Origin: Rhynchopus sp. YZ270_cl-10
Lineage: Eukaryota
DNA: 64,000 bases
Direction: 5' to 3'
Assembly: GCA_964035575.1 (NCBI GenBank)
Contig: OZ037834.1
Location: 1,488,001 to 1,552,000, forward strand
This document shows positions 12,001-24,984 of the stretch, piece by piece (position 1 is the first letter of the stretch; every line of letters begins with the position of its first letter). The position numbers and the translations under genes were made by a program. The notes below the pieces were generated by a model. It saw only the letters and a list, made by a program, of their open reading frames with translations. It did not search any database and had not been told where the DNA came from.

Positions 12001-13006
12001 AGCGGCTGCGACTCCGCCGTGCAGCACCACCACCACCACTCAGCGGCACCCTCGCCTCCCCATGGTCCACGACATTCGCCTGCATCCGCAGTGCAGCAGG
12101 AGGCGTCTGCTGACGCTGCTGTGGCGACGCCTCCTTCCCCTCCTTCCCCCGTGGATACGTCACCGGCGAGGGCGGCTGTGTCGACCGATTCGAAAACGAC
12201 TCCGCCCGCCCAGACGACGCAGACGGAGCACGCGAAGTCGACTGCGAACGTGACCGCTCCTGCGGAACAGGCACCACCACATCCGGCTCAGGCGTCGGTG
12301 TGGACGGAACAATCAACTCAACATGCTGCCGTGTCGACACACCACCTCCACCAACATTCGGCACCTTCACCGGAAGGATTGGCGCCAACTCCCCATCAAC
12401 CAGCACACAGGTCGTCAACGGAGAGGACTTATCATAGCTGGAGCCGTTGTTGTGGAGGGAAGGTGTGCCCCACCGCTGTGCCGGGCATGGTTGGAAGGCT
12501 GGTGCGGCGTGCTGCGACATGGTTTCCTCTTCAAAGGTACGGCTGTCTGAGGGTGGCGGTGGTGGCGACACTGACGGGGAAAGGGAGGCCTCACGCTGCC
12601 CCAATGACGCACGCGTCAGAGGGGGTGGCGACTGCGACAGCGACGTCCGAGCCTCTGACCGGGTCGGCCCTTCCCGCACACCAAGCTCCCGCATCAGTTC
12701 ATTGCAGTCTTCATCGTCTGCTGCAGTGTGGTCAAACAAAGGCGCAAGGGTGACACCATCTGTATCCCCCTCATACTCCCCTTCTGAAGGCACATGGCTG
12801 ATCCCCCCGATCCCTATCAAATCCATATCCGACGAACAATCGTCCACACTCCGTGCACGCGTCCCCCCAGACCCTGACCCACTCCGTTGCGTACAGGTCC
12901 GCTCATGAAAGCGAAGGCTGCCTGAAGTAAAGAGAAGCCCACAAGTGCTACAAGGCGCCATTTTCGGAGCAATAGAACGGCGGTTAGTACCCATAATGGT
13001 CGGCAT
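6054..13006 (-). CDS. C2HC zinc-finger / long coiled-coil protein, ~895 aa; exons 13006-11673, 11200-11122, 10849-10578, 7056-6054
   Basis: N-terminal CSTCGLLF...LRFHERTC (C2HC-type finger), a Pro/Ser-rich middle and a coiled coil. Three GT-AG introns join the track ORFs in frame (...ENERS-ALRASKKW...EE-GESSK...KAL-QDRLQKELDRRSK). Exon lengths sum to 2688 nt. Confidence 0.8.
7177..10464 (+). mobile_element. Full-length hAT DNA transposon in intron 3 of the C2HC/coiled-coil gene
   Basis: 22-bp TIRs CAGAGTCCGCGGAACACCCCCG / CGGGGGAGGTCCGCGGGCTCTG (3 mismatches); perfect 8-bp TSD ATTGGAGG at 7169-7176 and 10465-10472; encodes a transposase. Confidence 0.95.
7507..10205 (+). CDS. hAT transposase (ZNF862/KIAA1586-like), ~882 aa; exons 7507-9246 and 9297-10205
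   Basis: TTF-type Zn finger (WESQFKWL..CKHC..H..H), SLMCDESKD, GLDGTASMSG, CTCH (CxxH), IRW, and the hAT C-terminal motif FPVSNAECERVISAMNQIKTNQR. A 50-bp GT..AG intron (9247-9296) joins the two track ORFs in frame. Confidence 0.92.
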
Positions 13007-13651
13007 CTTTCCTTTTGGTGTGTTATTGACAACACAAAAAAAAGGGGGGTTTATTTAAAAAATCGCTTCACCCCAGGAAGTTGTGTCCTGAGAGAAGGGG
13101 AAAAATACAAAAATCAGAGAGAGAGAATAATCATCCAAAAAAAAAGTGCAGTAGTCTCTGGCTGCTAGAGGGTTGTGTGTAGTGTGTATAATTTGCCTTT
13201 GGGTGGTGGTGGTTTGTATTTTAGATTGTGGGGAAAGGGTTGCAGTTTTATAAAATCTCGAGTTTGGTACGTTTTTTTCCTTCTATCATGCACCCGCCAA
13301 TAAAAATCCTCTTCCCCTACTCTGTTATTCTCTGAGGAAAAGTTTGGGGAGGAAACAAAGATCGCATTGGGCTCTTCCCAACACTACATTCCTTTTTCCA
13401 CCTCCCCCCCTTTTTCGCTTTGTTCTTCCCTCTCTTGAAGTTCTTGCTGTAAAGCAGGAGCTGAGAAAAAGCCTGAAGGTCCTGGGCCAACATGGGGCAA
13501 ACAAAACAAAGTGAATATGCCTCACGTATACACACATCTAAGATAAACTCCCCCAGGCTGCTTCCCCCCTTATGGGGATTTACCAATAAAAAAGATGTCA
13601 TCTGCAAACGGGACAAAATACACATCACAGCTCTCCCTAAGACGCGATGTG

Positions 13652-16600
13652 CTAAACGGGATCGCTGACTTCGCTGGGTTCGAGGCGTGGGGTGGGGGAG
13701 ACTGAACCCTGTGATTCTTGTGTCGGGGAGATGACATTTGCGTCTGCAGCAGGCGGCAGGGCTGCAGCAGCTGCCTCTGCTGGGTCGAAGTTGTACGGAT
13801 CAGACTCTTGTGCCGCACTTTGCGCTGCATCAGCGTTAAGCGGTTCAACCTATAGGAGAATGGGGGTATTGAAAATTTAGGTTAATGTTGAAAATGTGCG
13901 CGAGTAGAGAAAAAGGTTGGTAGACAACCAAGGTCTTTAGTCTTGAGCAGAATGGAAAGGACGCAAAAGGTGATAAATGTTGGTTGTTTAGGATTGTCTT
14001 CGTATTTGGTGTGCATTTATAATAATAATAATTTTGAATCGTCTTATGTGTATCTTCGTCCAAAAGGGGGGTAGAGGGTGGTACCTTGTGTCCAGTGTAT
14101 GGTTTGCTGGTGTCTGTTCGTGAGGGCTCGCTGCCGCCCATCATCTCGGTGATAATCTGCTGCTCCCGTTGCAGCTTCGAGTCTTGCTTCCGCTTGCGGA
14201 AGTAGTCGGATTTAACGGTGCCAAACTCGTCTTGGACGTCACGGCACTGACTCTGCAAACGCTTCACCTGCTCCCTGAAGTGTTGCAGACTCACCTCCAT
14301 AGCTTTCATCTGTTAGAAAACAATAACAGTAGCAAGAGAAAACCCGCCTTCAGCATCTAAAACATAACCCAAGGGGTGAGCCACCCCAAAAGTTGGTAAG
14401 CCGTAAAGTTCACTACAAATACATTTAAAAAAATGCTTTCAAAAGTTAATACCTGTGACCCCTTCTTAACGAGGTTCTCTTTGTAAACGTTGAGCTGCTC
14501 GGCAACTTCTGGCCCAGGCTGCCGTGAGAGGACGCCCTTCAGCTCGACGTAGAGTTTCTCCTTGTCAGCGATGTGCCGTTCCTTCTCCTGTACTTCCTCG
14601 GTCTTGGCAATGAGCTGTTTCTGCAGTTTGTGTATGCGCTGCAGTGCGTCGAAGGTCGTCGGGTCGCTACCTTCAAGCTTGTGCCATCTGTGCACATTCA
14701 GGGGGTTTTGAAGCTCCTCCGTCAGCGCCTTCACCTTAGCTGTCTCGCGTATCAAAATGTTGCCCTTCTTGTTGACGTCCACCTTGAGCTGGTCGATCTT
14801 GGAGATGAAGGCTTTAATGGTAGTCAGCTCAGAGCGCAGCTGAGCAGAGCGGTCGGTAAGTGTGTTCAGCTCAAGCATGCTGTCGCGGTACTGCCCGTCG
14901 CCCTTGGACATGGCAGACTGTTGGATGCGGATGCGCTCGTAGAGGCGTGCGAGCTCGTCGTTGCGCTTGATGAGCTGTGCTCCGAGGATGTCACGCTCGT
15001 TCATCACGTTCTCGTAGTCACGCCGTTGCTTCGCCTTTTCAGAGTCAGCCTCATTAATGATCTCATTCAGTTTGTTGATCTCATTCGATAGACTGCTGAT
15101 CTTGCGTGTGTACGCATCCGTCATCGTCGCAAACTTCTGCTTCCGGAGAAGGTACTTCTTCTTCTCCTGCTCCATCTTGCTCTTCTGGATGTTGTGCTGT
15201 ACAAGGTCCTTCTCCTTCAGCTGGATCTCCTCCTTCAGCTGCGTGATGGAGTGGTTCATGATTTTGAACTTCCGCCGCATCTCCTGTATCTCCCCGTGGA
15301 GTTCGAGAAGGTTCTTTGAGTAGAGGTTGCGCTCGTTGAGGACCTGCTCGAAGAGGGACTGCTGCTGCTTTAGCTTTGTCTCTGAGTCGTGGATGGCGCG
15401 CTGCGACTCCTCTACTTTGACCTCGAGGACACGCACGGAGTCCATGAGCTTTGCGTACTTGGAGGTGGCGACCTGGCTCTCCTTGTCGTACTGTGCGGCC
15501 TCGTGCTCGAGGTGGTAGATGACTGTGCGTAGCTTGTGTGCATGGCGCTCGTAGCCACGCAGCTCCTGCTCAAGGTTGCGCTTCTGGTTCTCCTTGATGA
15601 GGAGCCAGTCCTTCTGCTTAGAGGTGTCGCCCTGGCTCTTCAGGTAGTTCTTGTTCAGGATGTCGCGCTCGCGTGTCAGGTCGTCGATCTGCTTGCGGTC
15701 TGTCTCGCAGGCACGTCGTCCGGTGGTGATCTCGAGCCCCATGTTGTGGACCTCCAGTTGCAGGGAGTTGCGTTCGTGCTCTACCTCGCTCTTGCACTGT
15801 TCAAGGTGGCGGTTGCGTTTGGCGACAGTGTCACGGAGCTTGAGTAGACTGTTGTGCTCGGTGCGCTGCTGTGAGGCATCGTTGTCCTTCTGCTTGATGG
15901 CGGTCTGTAGAGATTGGTTCTCGGCCTTCACATTCGAGGTGCGCTCGATCTCGTGTTCAAGGTCGTGTTGGTACTTCTGTGTCTTCTTGTTGATTAGGTC
16001 GTACTCCTTGATTGCCTTCTCCGTCGCAGACTTCTGCTCGTGGAGTTGTTCATCAAGCCTGCTGATCGCACCTTGACTCTGCTGGATGACACCCTCATTG
16101 GTTTTGATCTGCGAGTGGTGCTGGAGAAGCTCCTGTTTCAAGCATTTTAATTCGCGTTCCCAGTGCTCCTTGCGTTGCTTCTCCTTTTCGAGGAGGGAGT
16201 GCTTTTCTAGTGTGATGCTGTCGATGGAGCTGATAGCGGAGTCTTGCCGCTGCTTCTCTTGGAGCAGGGCTTCCATGGACTCTTGGTACTCGGCTATGTC
16301 TGCTTGGATCGCAGAGAGCTGGGTGTGCTGGGTGTCCTTCTCCTTTTGCAGGTCGTCACGCACTTTGGCAAGCTCGTTGAGGGCAGAGTCGTGCCCGACC
16401 AGCCCTGAGACACCCTTCTCCACCTGCCGCTCGAGGTCTCGGTGTTCCGTGCGGAGGCGCTTGATGTTCTCCTTCGCCGTCACCTCCTTCTCCATCGACT
16501 GCTCCAGACGTGACTTTGCCTTATTAATCTCCTTCCGCAACGTCTCAATCGTGCACTGATCACCTGCCGATAAATCCTCTGCAGTCTTTGTCTTTGTCTG

Positions 16601-16834
16601 GCAGGCATGGATCTCTATCTGCAAATCAAGGCATTTCTTCACAAGACGGCGCTCCCCATCATGCAGCTTCAGAAACGATACATGCAATGTGTCATACTCC
16701 TTGCGATACGTCTCCAACGTATCCTCACCCTCAAGCTCCAAAAGCACCTCTTGGAATTGCCGTTCCAGCTGGTCAAAGGAGGAGTTCTGCTGCTGGATCT
16801 TCTCAAACTGCTCGTCATCTGCCTTCATCGCCAT
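13652..16834 (-). CDS. CFAP58: Cilia- and flagella-associated protein 58 (CCDC147)-like, ~934 aa; exons 16834-14453, 14309-14085, 13849-13652
   Basis: Long coiled coil with recognisable family motifs NERNLYSKNL, NERDILGAQLIKRNDELARLYERI, ELQNPLNVHRWHKLEGSDP, RQPGPEVAEQL and MKAM; two phase-0 GT-AG introns. Confidence 0.88.
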
Positions 16835-17454
16835 CTTCTACGATATGGACGAACCAGATAATTAAAACAAAACAAAAAAACTTTGTATTAGTGTAGAACA
16901 CCCGAGGAGGAGCACTCCACGGGTGGTGTAATAGGGTAAAGGGGGAGGGGGAGGGAGGAGGGGAGGGGGGCTGTATTGGATGTGCAGGGAGAGGGGAAGG
17001 GGAGAAAGAGGGGGGGAGGGAAAGGGTGGAATATTAGTTTTGATTCTATTTTTCTTCGTTCGTTTTCGTTTACATCGATGGCATGTGCTTCATTTCAATT
17101 CATTTTTTTAGGTACGCAACTACTGAAACCTACGGGATTTTACCAAGTGCGGTCCGACAACATTCTGTTGATATTAATGTTATAATTTTTTATCTGGCAT
17201 TTTATTTTTTAAAAACTCTGGGGAGTCTGGGCTAGCTAGAGAACAAAAGGAAATGCATAATTTTCAAAGACTTCGCTAAATCAGAGAACCCCTTGAAAGA
17301 TGACTGAACACAAAAGGGGTGTGATGTGTTGAAACGATGCGGTGATGTCACAATTATTCCATTCTTTCTTTTGGAAAAAAAAATGTTGGAAATGGCATTA
17401 CCGATGCTTTAAAAAATGCCCCGTTTTGTTACCTTGCTCTGTCTCTTGGAGTAA

Positions 17455-17784
17455 TCATACCAACACAACGGTCACAACTATGCTGGGCAGTACCTTCGCG
17501 AGATACCACACCATGGTGATAGGCGAGTGGAGGAGTGCGACCAAGTAAGCAACACAAAGATATGCCGCCACGTCCCCAGGCATGAGTGGGAGCGTGCTGC
17601 ACACCGCGCTCACAAGGCTCTCTCTAACAAAACCCTCCCAGTTGCCCGCACTTAGCACATAGTGGCTCCACACCACCATGCCGTAGAACAGCCCCAGATG
17701 CACCCATCCCACCTTAAATGCTGCAAAGCAAAACACTGGCAACACCAAAGAGAGCTGTGTTAGTAGAAATATATTTTTCCCCAT
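17455..17784 (-). CDS. Small hydrophobic multi-pass membrane protein, ~109 aa, unknown function
   Basis: ATG at 17784 after an AT-rich leader; several hydrophobic stretches; higher GC than the flanks; same strand as neighbouring genes. Confidence 0.5.
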   Translation of the reverse strand: MGKNIFLLTQLSLVLPVFCFAAFKVGWVHLGLFYGMVVWSHYVLSAGNWEGFVRESLVSAVCSTLPLMPGDVAAYLCVAYLVALLHSPITMVWYLAKVLPSIVVTVVLV

Positions 17785-18228
17785 GATAATCAATGTAGCA
17801 TAGTGCGTTTTGTTTTTTTTCGAGGAGAAAAAAAAAAATGATTGAATTAGTGAAAACAAAGTTGTGTTGATGCACTTTGTGTTTTCCCTCCTAAAACAGC
17901 ACAGATCCCATACCAACGCTGTTGCACAGATCCCACCGAAGGATTCCGGTGCTGAATGCATTGTACTCTACTTGAGGCGTTTTTATCTCATTTTCCCTGA
18001 AATTTGAATAGTTTGATGGATCGGGGAAAAGGGGTGAAAAATAGAGAAAAGAGTGTCGAGTGTAGAGGAACAAATGAAGTGAAGCTGATTAACGTACAGA
18101 CATCTCGTGGTGGATGTAGGCATGCAAACAAAGGTACAACACTACGGCAAAACAAACCCCTTCTCAATTATTTGTTCTTTTTGTTATATGGGAAAGGCTG
18201 CGACCCCAACCCTCTTATGCTATCCCCT

Positions 18229-18687
18229 TCATTCATCAAAGCCGAGCTTTGACTTATCCTTGACTGATTTGATGCGTTTCTTTGTGGGCTTCGTTTTTGG
18301 TTGTTTCGTAGATGTTGCTTTGGCATCATTATCACAATCATCATCGCCGTCACGTTTGCGCTTCTTTTTGGAGGTAAATGCGTGGACACCGAGCTGTTCT
18401 TGAAGGGCAAGGTTCTGGCCGGATTTGACTGTATCCAGTAGGTCGGCATCAAGGTTGCCTTTGTTCACATCTGCACCGCTGTCCATGTATTCCTTAAGGG
18501 CCGCTGCCTTGACCCGCTTATCCTCCTCATCGTCTGAGAGCTCCCCGCAGTCAGCATTATCCCGCTTCGCTTGTGCAGGCGACTCACGTGCCACAGTCAT
18601 ACCCTGCAAGAACTTCGGGATCTGTCGTTGGAACTGCATCCCTTCAGGCATCCCCCCGCCCCCTCCCCCACGACCCCGACCACCCAT
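18229..18687 (-). CDS. DUF4604/KIAA1143-like small charged protein, 152 aa
   Basis: N-terminal GMQFQRQIPKFLQGM, acidic middle and basic tail ending KSKLGFDE match the family pattern as I recall it. Confidence 0.6.
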   Translation of the reverse strand: MGGRGRGGGGGGMPEGMQFQRQIPKFLQGMTVARESPAQAKRDNADCGELSDDEEDKRVKAAALKEYMDSGADVNKGNLDADLLDTVKSGQNLALQEQLGVHAFTSKKKRKRDGDDDCDNDAKATSTKQPKTKPTKKRIKSVKDKSKLGFDE

Positions 18688-19491
18688 ATGAGGTGTTTTC
18701 TGATGTGGTTATTTGAGGAGAGGATTGAAAAGGGGGTTGACTTGGAACACAAAACCCTCTGACGGTGCACCTTGGCGTGAGACCAGAACACAGTAGGGGT
18801 GGAACCGAACCATGCTGAAACCAGTTTCGACCTGTGCACACTAGACTATCTCACCTGTATTTCAAGTTTCCAGTGAACGGGAACAACCGTCACCCTGTCC
18901 CCACATCCATTTCGCGGTTCACATCTTATATTCCCTCTGCCCGCTCACCTAGGAATCTAAGTACTAAGGATGAAAGGTGGTCATTGGAGATCATGAGGCT
19001 TGTGTGATGTAGGTTCCGGCTGGGTCCTCTCCCCGTTTTTTGAAACGGCCGACAAAAACAGGGTAGTACTAGTGATATTTGAGGAGAAATTGTCAAGTGG
19101 AAAAACTCTTGGTTACCTTTTGTTTCCAGGTTGTGCGAATGGTTTTCTTTCTTTTGTGGGATCCTGGGGTAAGGCGAGGGGAAGGTGGTGGGGGAGGGAG
19201 GGAGGGGGATATGCGGTATCCTTTACGCCAACAGTGACACTGTCTTGTAAAAACGGTGGATGGTTTTTGTGTATCCCTCCCTCCCCCCGATGCCCCTCTT
19301 TCTTTCGGGGGGCAAGAGTGTAACAAAATGGCAACATCCGCGCACCCTCACACAGCTACAAGAAAGCACTCATCAGAGCTGGCTTCCTTTTGTTTCCCCC
19401 TCTCTCGTGCGATTATCACTCCTTCTCCTCTCCCCCTCTTCCCTTGCCCCCTTTCTCTTTCGTCACCCTTTTTCCGCAGATTTGGGTCTTA

Positions 19492-22400
19492 TTATTCTTC
19501 AGGTTTTGGTGTGACGAGGGCTGCAGGCGGCTCGTCGGAACTAGCGTCGGACGGGGTATCAGAAAGATCGGATGCAACGTTGCTGTGGACAGTACTGCTC
19601 TCAGATGTGTGTCTGGGGATGGCACTACTTCTGATGGGTGGGCTGCTCCGCACGGGGTGGTCATCAGCTAGCGCAGGGATGTGGAAGTTCAGCCCCTGCC
19701 GGTTCATGCGTGATTGCGGAATGATGTAGAACGGAATGTGCTGCTTCGCGAGAACACGTGACAGCGAGGTCTGAAGGGAGGAGGAAGGTTTATACAGGAA
19801 AATACATTCGTTTCATCTACCAATTCAAGAGAACAGAACGCACTGCGGTAGGCCCACTCTTCCCAAAAAAAAAAAAAAAATTGTTTGACACCTCACTTGC
19901 TTGCAATCTTTTTTTAGAAAGTAATCTTTGCTATGAACAGAACACAAAATCGTCCCATCATTCCTACACATAAAAATATAAAGGGGGGAAAAGGAAGAAA
20001 AGTTGGCAAATTGTAGCGTAATCATCTCGCTTTAAAAAATGGGGGAGGAGAGTCTGAGGGAGAGTTGGGGGGAGACGTACCAACTGAGCTTTGCCATTTG
20101 CTCCGCATTGGAAATCCCCCTCCATCGCAAGTCTGACAACAGACTCTGCCACTGCGCTTGGCCCGTCGTAGAAGCGTAGGGGCTTGAAGATAGAGGAGGC
20201 CTGGTGGCCGCGCTCCTTCTGCCACTCCTCGCGTTCAATGGTGATGGTGACACCGATGCCTATGTTTGTTGCGCTCATCTTGAGGAGCTGTGTACCGCCG
20301 TTCGCCTCCACTGTCTCCTGCAGAACCTTCATCGCCCTGGGGAGTCTGTCCACATCATTCACGTGGAACTCAAATTTGTCGTGCACCTTAACAGCCTTCT
20401 GCACCATCGCTTCGCAGTTCGGCTTGAAATCAACGCGCGTCGGGATAACAAGCTTCTCCACCATCAACTCTACAAAGAAACGCTCTGCCTGTGGACTCAT
20501 GACCTTCTCTTTGTTCACACCCTCTGAGATGTCCTTTGGCCGTGAGTAAAACGTGACCGGACAAGTGTCGGCAAGCATCGTCAATGCCTCCAGCGCTGTT
20601 GGGGCACCCTGTAGGTGAGATGGTGGTGTGACAACAAAAGTGTCAGGTGCAAAACAGAACCTGAAAAACCCGGAATGCACTTCAAAATTCCTAATTTCAC
20701 ATAAGGGAGCAGGCCATATCCTAAATCGGGATTTTTTTGGAAAATTTTCAAAAACTGGATCCAGAATTTTTCTCCGGGAAAAAATTTTTTTTCCAGAAAA
20801 AAAACCCATTCCGAGCTTTCTCCCCTCCGTTGGCGGGGCATGCTCCCCTCATATATTGCAAACAAGACACAATAAAGAGTACTTGAAACGTGGTGAAACG
20901 CAGCTCCAATAAATCATTAGGATAAATCCCACCCTTCTTTTTTCTTTTTTTTCCAGTGTTTCCCAGCTTCTCACCTAACTCTGAAAATAGGTGAGATTTT
21001 GCGGTTTTGCGGGTTTTGGTAGAGGTGTGGCGAGCCCGGGCGCGCTTCGCGCGCCCGGGTCCCCACCTTAGCTCAAGTTGGGGGCCTCCGGCGGAATGTG
21101 AGAATTTCTCGGAGTTCGGCACTTCATTGATATTTGCACCAGGCACGCGTGGTCACGAATTATCAGTAACCTCAGTACATTTACAAAATAAACGGCAGTC
21201 ATGGCAGGCATGGCACCCAAGCGAAGCCACGGTACGCAACATTTCTAAAAATTGTTGACATAAATGTCACTGTCGTTGGAAGATTGGGGGGTCAGCTTGT
21301 TTTTGTGCCAAAATTTTTTCAGCACTGCTGACCAGGGACATTGGGAACATAGGGATTTTTGCGGAGCAAAAAAAAAAAACAAACAAATGGCGCCGCAGGC
21401 GAAAAAAATTTAGGGTACGGTGTAAAAATCTATCTTTTTACACCACATAGTCACACACCGAACCCTTTTTTGCGGAGCAAAAAAGGGAAAATGGCGCCGC
21501 AGGCAAAAAAAAATTGAGGTACAGCCTGGATGGTGCGGTCAGCAACCCAGTTTCATGGTACTCCCGTGGTTCAACCATGATTTTTTCCCCCCGGGCCCCC
21601 CCGCCACACTGGGCCACGGGAAAATTTTTTTCCCGAAATTTTTAACTCGGATCCAGAAATCAGGGGAAAAAAAAAACGGGAAAAAAGTATGAAAAACCCC
21701 GGAAAAAAGTGGGATCCAGAATCCAGATTAGGAAATAGCCTGTAAGGGAGAGAGAAAAAAAAAATATTGTTCCAGAAAAACCTGTGAAGGTTTAAAAAAA
21801 AAACAAAAATTGCATTTTTGGAGATCAGTCTCTCTCTTGCCAACACAACAATTGCACTAAAACCAAAAATCAAAACAAAAAATCTCATACTTGTAATGTT
21901 GCACGCAGGTGTACAACTCGACCTGCTTCCACCCCCCCTTTGACCATATCGGCAATCTTTTCGGCCCTGAGGTTACCGAGCCCGACGGTGACGCGAAGTG
22001 ATGTGCTCTCCTTTGCAAGCTCCTTCGTAAGGGTAATGACGTATGACCCCGAGCTCAGCGGATCGTCATCCTACAGTGGTAAAGGGTGTTGTTGTAGATA
22101 TCGCGAACAGGTCATATTTGCAGGGGTTAAAAATGGGGTATCATATTTGGGTAAAAACGACTTTGAAAACAAAAGACGATAACTTCCGTCGACGTGAATC
22201 GTTTGATATGTTTAGGGTGAAACATTTTTTGATTTGATCTTCTTTGCACTGGCTTGAGTAATTCCAGACTGTGCAATGCTTCTATAAGAATAGAACACTG
22301 TTCCATTTTCAGAGCTGTGTCCATTTTATTGTGGGGGAGGGGCAGTACCTGTGCAGTGTCGACACTCATCGTCAACGGAATGCGGTCGTTCTCAAGGAAG

Positions 22401-24012
22401 TCTGTTGCAAGCTCGCATGCTTTCAGTGCAGCCCGGACCGATTCAAATGAATCAACTGGAAGGGGGCGTGTCGGTGGTGCGCGAAACAATGAAGTAATTG
22501 GGGGAGAGGGAGTTTATATCTGTCAAATATGCTTTGAAATACTGCACAAATCCTAGTCGAAACGCGAATAGACGCAGAAATACCACGCAAACTGTTTAAA
22601 CAACAGAGGGTAGCATCAAAATAGAAACTGAGCTCAGCATGTGGTAAAGAAAACTTGAAAGATGAAGGTGTCGTAAATTTATTTAAAAAAATCTCCGTAA
22701 AAAATAAGACCTGACAATCAATCCGCACTCAGGTGTCCTAAGGCAAGCAAGTGAGAACAGAAATCTCATGTAGAGTATAAGGGTAAAAGCTTGCTGGGTA
22801 TATTTTACACAAGAAATCAGGCAGCCTTCAAAAAAAAGTGGTGTTGAAATACAAAGCCCTCTCGTGACAGTGTACCTTGGTACAATGACCGGCTTGAAAA
22901 AAAAGGGGGGGGCATGAAAATTTAACGACATACTGGATGCAATCACCTTCGCTACCTTCGTCCCACTCTCCTCTTTGAACATATGCTTGAGGTACCCTGC
23001 AAGCTTCGGAGGTTTCGTGTATTTTGAAACAAAGACAACCTTCGCAGACCCTGGAAGAGGGAGGATCTTCAAGTGAATAGCCGTGTACTCGCCCTCTCTG
23101 ATTGGGGGGAAAAGAATGCAAATAAAATACGTATCTGGTGCTCCTGGAAACCCCATTTTGCGTACTTGTTGCGCACTTTGTGCACGAACAAAAAATACAG
23201 GAATACCCTATATTGCGTAGTTGTTGCGTACTTGGTACTTTTTATTTCAGGAGCACCAGTATCTTCTTTTCACAGTCAACTAAATGTAACATTTACACCC
23301 GCCCTCTGCACAATAATTTGTCAAATTTACTAGAAGACAAAATGGACACGTTCACTTAATTTAAATTTACATACTCATTCTTTGCCAGGGTTGGGATGAA
23401 CTCTGTCTGGTTATTCAAATGCGAAATTGCAACTATGCCCTTCTGGACGGAGGTGGGTCCTGCCACTGCGAGACAGCACGCCTGTCCAATTTTCTGCGCA
23501 GCTTCTGCTATTTGCAGAATCGCAGACCCGTGTGACGCAGCACCGACACGATTCGGTGCAACGTTGTGATGCGACAAATCTGTTGGCGGGCGGAGCAGAA
23601 CTCTCACTGCATAGTACGTTGCAGGTGCACCCTTTTCCGTTACCGTCTCTGACTTGCTTGCCCGACAGTAGAGAAGGCCCTCCTCAACAAGAAGCTCCTG
23701 CGTCACTGAGAGCGCCTTCACAAGCTGGTTCAGCCCGGACACCCCAATAGTCGTTAGGGTAAGAGGCTCCTTACTCTCCCTCAATCTCTGCGTCAGCCAC
23801 CCACTGAGACTTGACGTCTTCGTGTCACTGCGCACACGGACAACGGAGCTGTTTGGGCGATCTTGCGGCGCGTCAACGGACACACATCGTCGCTGCACAC
23901 ACTGGGGAAAAACGGGTAGTGCCTTCACGCCAACTTCTAGCACATTGCTATTGGATGTCTGTGTAGCTCCTGCAACAACCCGACACATCTGTACTGCTAC
24001 GGCTCGTTTCAT
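19492..24012 (-). CDS. Tandem SpoVS-like (Alba-fold) domain protein with putative mitochondrial presequence, ~631 aa; exons 24012-23375, 23097-22934, 22455-22349, 22070-21891, 20608-20081, 19770-19492
   Basis: Five GT-AG introns with consistent phases (1896 nt total). Repeat 1 (VVRVRSDTKTSSLSGWL...LTTIGVSGLNQLVKAL) resembles SpoVS (LKVS..S.P.SVAGAL...IQAIGAGALNQAVKA). Repeat 2 ends FIPTLAKNEEGEYTAIHLKI; repeat 3 starts VVFVSKYTKPPKLAGYL. Confidence 0.72.
20710..21742. mobile_element. Non-autonomous hAT-type element (1033 bp) in intron 4 of the SpoVS-repeat gene
   Basis: TIRs CAGGCCATATCCTAA / TTAGGAAATAGCCTG; 8-bp TSD TAAGGGAG at 20702-20709 and 21743-21750. Confidence 0.85.
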
Positions 24013-24984
24013 TATCACTTCGACCAAAATCCACCAAAGAGGGTGGGAAGTTTGTTGTGTATGTCTGTAGATGTCAGGGTGATGGAAGGTGGTGCTGGAG
24101 GTAAGGGCGTCGTGAAGGGGAAAGAAAGAACACTACCAGGGATGGGTGCAGTTCAAAAGTAAACAGATGTGGGGAAAAGTTCCCAGCTACTAGAAAAGGA
24201 GTTTGGGAAGAGAGCCACACGCAAAAAAGAATGTGGAAAAAGGAGGGAAGGGGTGGGAAAGGGAGGTAGGATAATTATCGTGGCAACTAGTCCGAAACAC
24301 GATTTCATCAGCTTTATTCGGTTGTGACCAACTAACAGTGCAGTAGCATTTCAGATCGTAAAGGTGACCCCACGTGGTAACAGCATTGCGGCAAATGTAC
24401 CCAAAATAACGGTCAATCCACCAATATTTAAAAAAAAACAAGTCGTCTAGAAAGGGAAAGTACTACAATGTCATCACATGAGAAAGTCAGTCCAAGTGAC
24501 AATAGCCTCTCTGTCGGAATGGAAAGTAAAGTTGCTAACGTTAAAACACTTATCATTACATATTTAAGGTTGCTGCCATCCTCACACCCCACAGCGCTAT
24601 CTCTCCGCGTATAGCCCTGCCTCACAGGCTGGGTTATACCAAAGCGCGAAAATGCGCCCCAGTATACTACTGTAAGAAAATTTCGGGAGTGGAAATATTA
24701 GTCCCCAAAAACGTGCATAAGAAAATCAGATCCCAGAGATATTTGTTTGAAATTCATATTCTCGTGTCTCGCATTTACGTGCGAAAGGCCTTCGATACCG
24801 TGCTTTCCTAACGAAATCAATAAGCAAAACGCGTCTCTCCACCGATTCCCGGCTAATTGGGTGACTTTCTGTCTCGACACCTGTCTTTGTCGAGTGGGGA
24901 ACGGAAATCTGCTTGTAATAAATCATGCACACTCTTTTGTTAAAAAACATATCAAAAAGCCACTCTAAACGTTGCAACGTTACA

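Noticed and set aside
14573..16896. Multiple plus-strand ORFs over CFAP58 (similar shadows lie over the other genes)
   Set aside because: Antisense shadow ORFs of GC-rich coding sequence.
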